From Abditibacteriaceae bacterium (GTDB lineage: Bacteria; Armatimonadota; Abditibacteriia; Abditibacteriales; Abditibacteriaceae): a stretch of 64,000 bases of DNA. This document shows positions 60,625 to 64,000 of this stretch, one piece after another. Position numbers and translations under genes: made by a program. Location: the NCBI GenBank assembly GCA_965277285.1, contig OZ255721.1:3040001-3104000 (forward strand), read 5' to 3'. Each line of letters opens with the position of its first letter. The first letter of the stretch is position 1. The notes under the pieces were generated by a model. The model searched no databases. It was not told the DNA's origin and saw nothing but the letters and a program-made list of their open reading frames with translations.

Positions 60625-61254
60625 ATGAGCAGTGCGCAAAACGTTCAAAGCAAAACTCGCTGGATTCGTTTTCTGGTCGCTTATGCGGGGCTGGGAGTCG
60701 CGGTCTGGCTGGCGTATTCCGTGGCGCAGGCGCACGCGATCAGCCATGCTTCCGGCCACGATATTCAAACGCGCATCGCTTACAACCTGACGCGCATCGG
60801 TTTTGTCACGCTGATCACGTTCAGTCTGTTGTTGTTGGTGATTCCGCCATTGCAACGTTGCATTCGTGGCGCCAAAGATTGGACGTTGGCGTGGGCGCCG
60901 CTGGCGATTGCAGGCAATGTGATCGTTGAAAAAGTGGGTAAAACGTTTTTCAAATTGCCACGACCTTACTCTCTGGAGAAAAATGGTTTTCCATCGGGAC
61001 ACGCGATGTTCGCGTTCTTGCTGGCCTGGCTGGTGACGGAAAAATATCCCAAACTGGCGCCGCTTTGGTATGGCGCGGCGGTCGCCATCGGCTGGGGACG
61101 CGTCGAAGCGGGCGCGCATTATCCGTATCAGGTTTTGGGCGGAGCGCTTTTTGGAATGCTAATGGGTTGGGCGATTTCAACCTTTGTGCGCCCTTCCGTT
61201 GAGGCCGATGCCACACATGACGTCGGTTTGCGCGAGCCCATTTCGCACGTTTAG
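60625..61254 (+). CDS. PAP2 family phosphatase
   Basis: K..F.LPRP, FPSGH, GRVEAGAHYP. Confidence 0.85.
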   Translation: MSSAQNVQSKTRWIRFLVAYAGLGVAVWLAYSVAQAHAISHASGHDIQTRIAYNLTRIGFVTLITFSLLLLVIPPLQRCIRGAKDWTLAWAPLAIAGNVIVEKVGKTFFKLPRPYSLEKNGFPSGHAMFAFLLAWLVTEKYPKLAPLWYGAAVAIGWGRVEAGAHYPYQVLGGALFGMLMGWAISTFVRPSVEADATHDVGLREPISHV

Positions 61255-61552
61255 AAATTTTTTGGGACACAGCGGCTTTGCCGACACGAGTTAGGCGGAT
61301 GAACACGGATTTTTCGGATGTACGGGCGAATTGCAATGCGCCTGTACGATGACCTTCGCCTTCCAATTCTTTTGATCCGTGCCAATCCGTTCCGGGTGCC
61401 CTCTGGGCGGATGTCGGCGCAGTCGCCGTGTCCAAAGGCCGTGTTCCCTTTACCAAAACTCGCGTCCTTTAGCGCCGTTTTCGCGCACGAAGTTGGCGTA
61501 ACCATCAAGATGTAACCATCAAGATGTAACTTTCGATTCGAGTACTCGATTT

Positions 61553-62080
61553 ATGATTATCATTACGGCGGTCGGCAAAGATCGGCCTGGCATGGCGCAC
61601 GCGCTGGCGGCGCAACTGGCGCAAAATGGCTGCAACATCGAAGACACCACGATGACGCGATTAAGTGGCGAATTCGCCATGATTCTCATCGTGTCGCCGC
61701 CGCAAAACCTGTCGGTTGAAACTTTGTCTCAATTGATCAAGCCACTGGAAAATTCGCACGGTTTGTTCATCAACTGCCGCGCCATTGAAGACGAAATTGA
61801 GACTGACGAAAGCGCCGCGCCGCGCTATTTGCTATCGGTTTATGGGCCGGAACGTAGCGGACTCGTCGCGCAAATAACGGGCGTCTTGGCGCAGCAAAAT
61901 GTCAACATCACCGATGTGCAAACGCGTGTTGCTTCGGCTGGCGCAGTTTATGTGATGCTCTTTGAAATCGAACTGCCCGCAAATTTGTCCGCTGAAACGT
62001 TGACTTCTTCGCTGGAAAACGTCGCCCGCGAGATCGGCGCGCAAGTTTCGTTGCGTCCCATCGAAGAAGAAACGCTCTGA
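61553..62080 (+). CDS. Double ACT-domain protein (GcvR-like)
   Basis: TAVGKDRPG and VYGPERSGLV. Confidence 0.85.
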   Translation: MIIITAVGKDRPGMAHALAAQLAQNGCNIEDTTMTRLSGEFAMILIVSPPQNLSVETLSQLIKPLENSHGLFINCRAIEDEIETDESAAPRYLLSVYGPERSGLVAQITGVLAQQNVNITDVQTRVASAGAVYVMLFEIELPANLSAETLTSSLENVAREIGAQVSLRPIEEETL

Positions 62081-62265
62081 TTTCACCACAAAGGACGCGA
62101 AGAGCGTGAAGAAAAAGAAAAGAAGAGATTGATGAATATCGAGTACTCGATGGCGCAACGTACGGGTGATTCGGCGAATCGCCCGTACAACTCGTCCTTT
62201 TTTCTTGTTTCCTCGCGCTCTTCGTGTCCTTCGCGGTCAATTGGTTTTTGCTGAAGCACTCCATT

Positions 62266-62772
62266 ATGCCGATTCGTCCCGTTCTGCTGGTTCCCGATGC
62301 ACGCTTGAAAACGCCGTGCGAAGTCGTCACTGATTTCGGCGAAGCCTTGCGCGCGTTGGTGCGCGACTTGGAAGACACGATGGCCGATAACATAGGCTGC
62401 GTTGGTATTGCGGCCTGTCAAATTGGCGCCATGCAGCGCGTGGCGATTGTCGATACTTCGATTCATCGCAAGCACGGCGATCAAAGTCAGGGACGATTTG
62501 TTCTGGTCAATCCGAAATTGGTGCGGCAAAGCGGCGAAAATATCGGGCGCGAAGGCTGTTTATCGCTGCCCGATTTTACGGCGAACGTGCGTCGCGCGAT
62601 TGAAGTGACAGTTGAATATCGGGACAAAAACGGCGAACATCGCGTACTCGAAGCGCGCGATTTTGAAGCGGTCGCGCTGCAACACGAACTCGATCATTTG
62701 GACGGCGTTTTGTTTTTGGATCGCGTCGCTAATCTGCAAACCGATATTTTTCCGCGCAAAGTGAAGAAGTGA
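62266..62772 (+). CDS. def: Peptide deformylase
   Basis: GIAACQIG, EGCLS, QHELDHLDG. Confidence 0.93.
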   Translation: MPIRPVLLVPDARLKTPCEVVTDFGEALRALVRDLEDTMADNIGCVGIAACQIGAMQRVAIVDTSIHRKHGDQSQGRFVLVNPKLVRQSGENIGREGCLSLPDFTANVRRAIEVTVEYRDKNGEHRVLEARDFEAVALQHELDHLDGVLFLDRVANLQTDIFPRKVKK

Positions 62773-63110
62773 TTTCCTTGAATTGTGGGAAGAGGAAGAG
62801 GTGGTTCCCTTTGCCCAAAGATGAAAGAGATGGTGAAGAACTCAGGCGCTTTGAGCTATTAGTGGAACACGCCAAGCAAGAGGAATCTTCAAAAACGATA
62901 GACCCCTTTTATATGGGAGCCTGTGGTTTATTTTTCGGTGGCCTTGCTGGTGCCTTTTCGTTCTGCCTTTTGGTTCTCCTGTATGCCACTGGCGGAAGCC
63001 CCGTAGGTTTTTTGCTGGAACTCCTTATTGTTACGCTCATTTGTGCGGGGCTTGGCGCTTTGATTTTCCCTGTGCTGGTACGAAAGTTACTATCTGTCTT
63101 TCGTAAATAA
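62769..63110 (+). CDS. Hypothetical membrane protein
   Basis: Two TM helices; start uncertain. Confidence 0.45.
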   Translation: MISLNCGKRKRWFPLPKDERDGEELRRFELLVEHAKQEESSKTIDPFYMGACGLFFGGLAGAFSFCLLVLLYATGGSPVGFLLELLIVTLICAGLGALIFPVLVRKLLSVFRK

Positions 63111-63163
63111 CTTTGCTACACAAAGCAATGCCTTAATTTCCAGACTTTTCCATTTCTCGCGCT

Positions 63164-64000
63164 ATGACTTTTCAAACTTTTCCCGTTTCACTTTCGGCCA
63201 TGCCTCGAACTGTCGCAGCGCCAAAATTTCGTAAGAACACGACGTTTTCTGTCGTGCGGTTTTTTCGTCCCAATCGTAAACTGCTAAGTTGGGGATTTTC
63301 GCTGGGGTTTTTGGCGATTTTGTGCGCCGTCGCGATTGTGGGCGAAACTTCTAAAGCGCAGCCGTTTGTGTGGGACGACAAAACTTTTGACTTCAAATTG
63401 CCGCCTTCGATTCGCATTTATGAAGGCGCCGCGGTTGCGGAGAATGGCGAACCGATTCATGCCTGGTACGCTGATGTGGATTACAACGATCTGGGTTTGC
63501 AGGCGCGACCTTATTTATCGAACGACCCGAAAGGCCGCGAGCCGGTGAGCCAGATGGCGCGCCGTCAAAATGCTTATGTCGCCATCAATGGTGGCTATTT
63601 CGATATGCAAAGCATTCCTGCGCGCACCTTCAGCCTGGTGTTGCAGGACAATCGAGTACTTGTTCCCAACATCGCGCGCGTGACGCGTCCAGGGCGCAAA
63701 TACGATGTGACACGCAGCGCTTTCGGCATTCGCAACGACCGCACTTTTGATGTCGCATGGATCGCGCAAATCAAAAACGATCAAGGCCAAACGTCGCTTT
63801 ATCGTTATGACGCGCCGACGCCCAATACGATGCTAACGCCCGCCGCACCGCCTTCATCAACTTTCCCCAAAGGCGCCAAAATCTGGAATGTGCAGAACGC
63901 TATCGGCGCTGGGCCGACATTGATTTCCAAAGGCCAGATCATCGACACCTTTGAAAACGAAGTCTTTTTCGGTTCGGGTTTCTTTGATAACGAGCCGTAT
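63164..64000 (+). CDS. Phosphodiester glycosidase (NAGPA-like) family protein, truncated by the window end
   Basis: Manual translation gives AINGGYF, RSAFG, AIGAGP; absent from the ORF track because there is no stop. Confidence 0.75.
   Translation, partial: MTFQTFPVSLSAMPRTVAAPKFRKNTTFSVVRFFRPNRKLLSWGFSLGFLAILCAVAIVGETSKAQPFVWDDKTFDFKLPPSIRIYEGAAVAENGEPIHAWYADVDYNDLGLQARPYLSNDPKGREPVSQMARRQNAYVAINGGYFDMQSIPARTFSLVLQDNRVLVPNIARVTRPGRKYDVTRSAFGIRNDRTFDVAWIAQIKNDQGQTSLYRYDAPTPNTMLTPAAPPSSTFPKGAKIWNVQNAIGAGPTLISKGQIIDTFENEVFFGSGFFDNEPY

Larger units (their letters stand above)
734..62150. repeat. Dispersed highly iterated palindrome TCGAGTACTCGA (about 50 perfect copies)
   Basis: Starts at about 734, 3405, 4468, 4869, 7133, 7619, 11139, 13164, 13764, 15341, 16265, 17469, 17833, 19055, 19559, 21330, 23798, 25065, 26951, 28913, 30548, 30995, 31622, 32175, 34492, 34925, 36085, 36610, 37583, 39139, 40120, 40941, 41868, 43114, 45398, 46093, 47101, 49126, 50270, 51546, 52032, 53354, 53718, 53726, 55273, 56819, 58458, 59423, 60605, 61538, 62139. 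Confidence 0.97.

Noticed and set aside
61498..61530. GTAACCATCAAGAT tandem duplication
   Set aside because: Two-copy local slippage with no further support
734..62150. 12-mer as a cloning linker or adapter artefact
   Set aside because: Copies keep reading frames intact in conserved genes, fit conserved peptides, have natural mismatch variants and take part in terminator stems; a read check is still advisable
15341..62150. Integron cassette array
   Set aside because: No integron integrase, no attC-type RYYYAAC/GTTRRRY structure recognised, and core genes are interspersed
1..64000. tRNA or rRNA genes
   Set aside because: None recognised

Overview
A 64 kb chromosomal window from a moderately GC-rich bacterium. 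Gene content and order suggest a Terrabacteria diderm such as Armatimonadota/Abditibacteriota; this is an inference. It contains an L-Ara4N cluster (arnT divergent from arnBCAD), GH26-type glycosidases, dapL/dapF, miaA, a conserved rpsO-pnp-M16 peptidase-dapB-asd-dapA-rnj block with inserted accessory genes, nnrD, pyrF, a frameshifted MmeI-like restriction-modification gene, gatC-gatA...gatB split by an IS5-family element and cargo genes, and def. The dominant unexplained signal is a 12-bp perfect palindrome, TCGAGTACTCGA. I counted about 50 perfect copies by eye (about 0.004 expected by chance) plus many near-matches. It occurs between genes, abutting start and stop codons, in terminator stems, and inside coding sequence in all three frames (RVLE/D, SSTR, I/FEYS). 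It behaves like a HIP1- or DNA-uptake-sequence-type genome signature. One copy sits at the centre of a duplicated arnC 3' end that brackets an inserted gene. A second layer is several REP-like hairpin families: one brackets a stand-alone GIY-YIG nuclease gene and is the insertion target of the IS5 element, and another brackets the MmeI-like gene. Counts and coordinates were read manually and may be off by a few bases.
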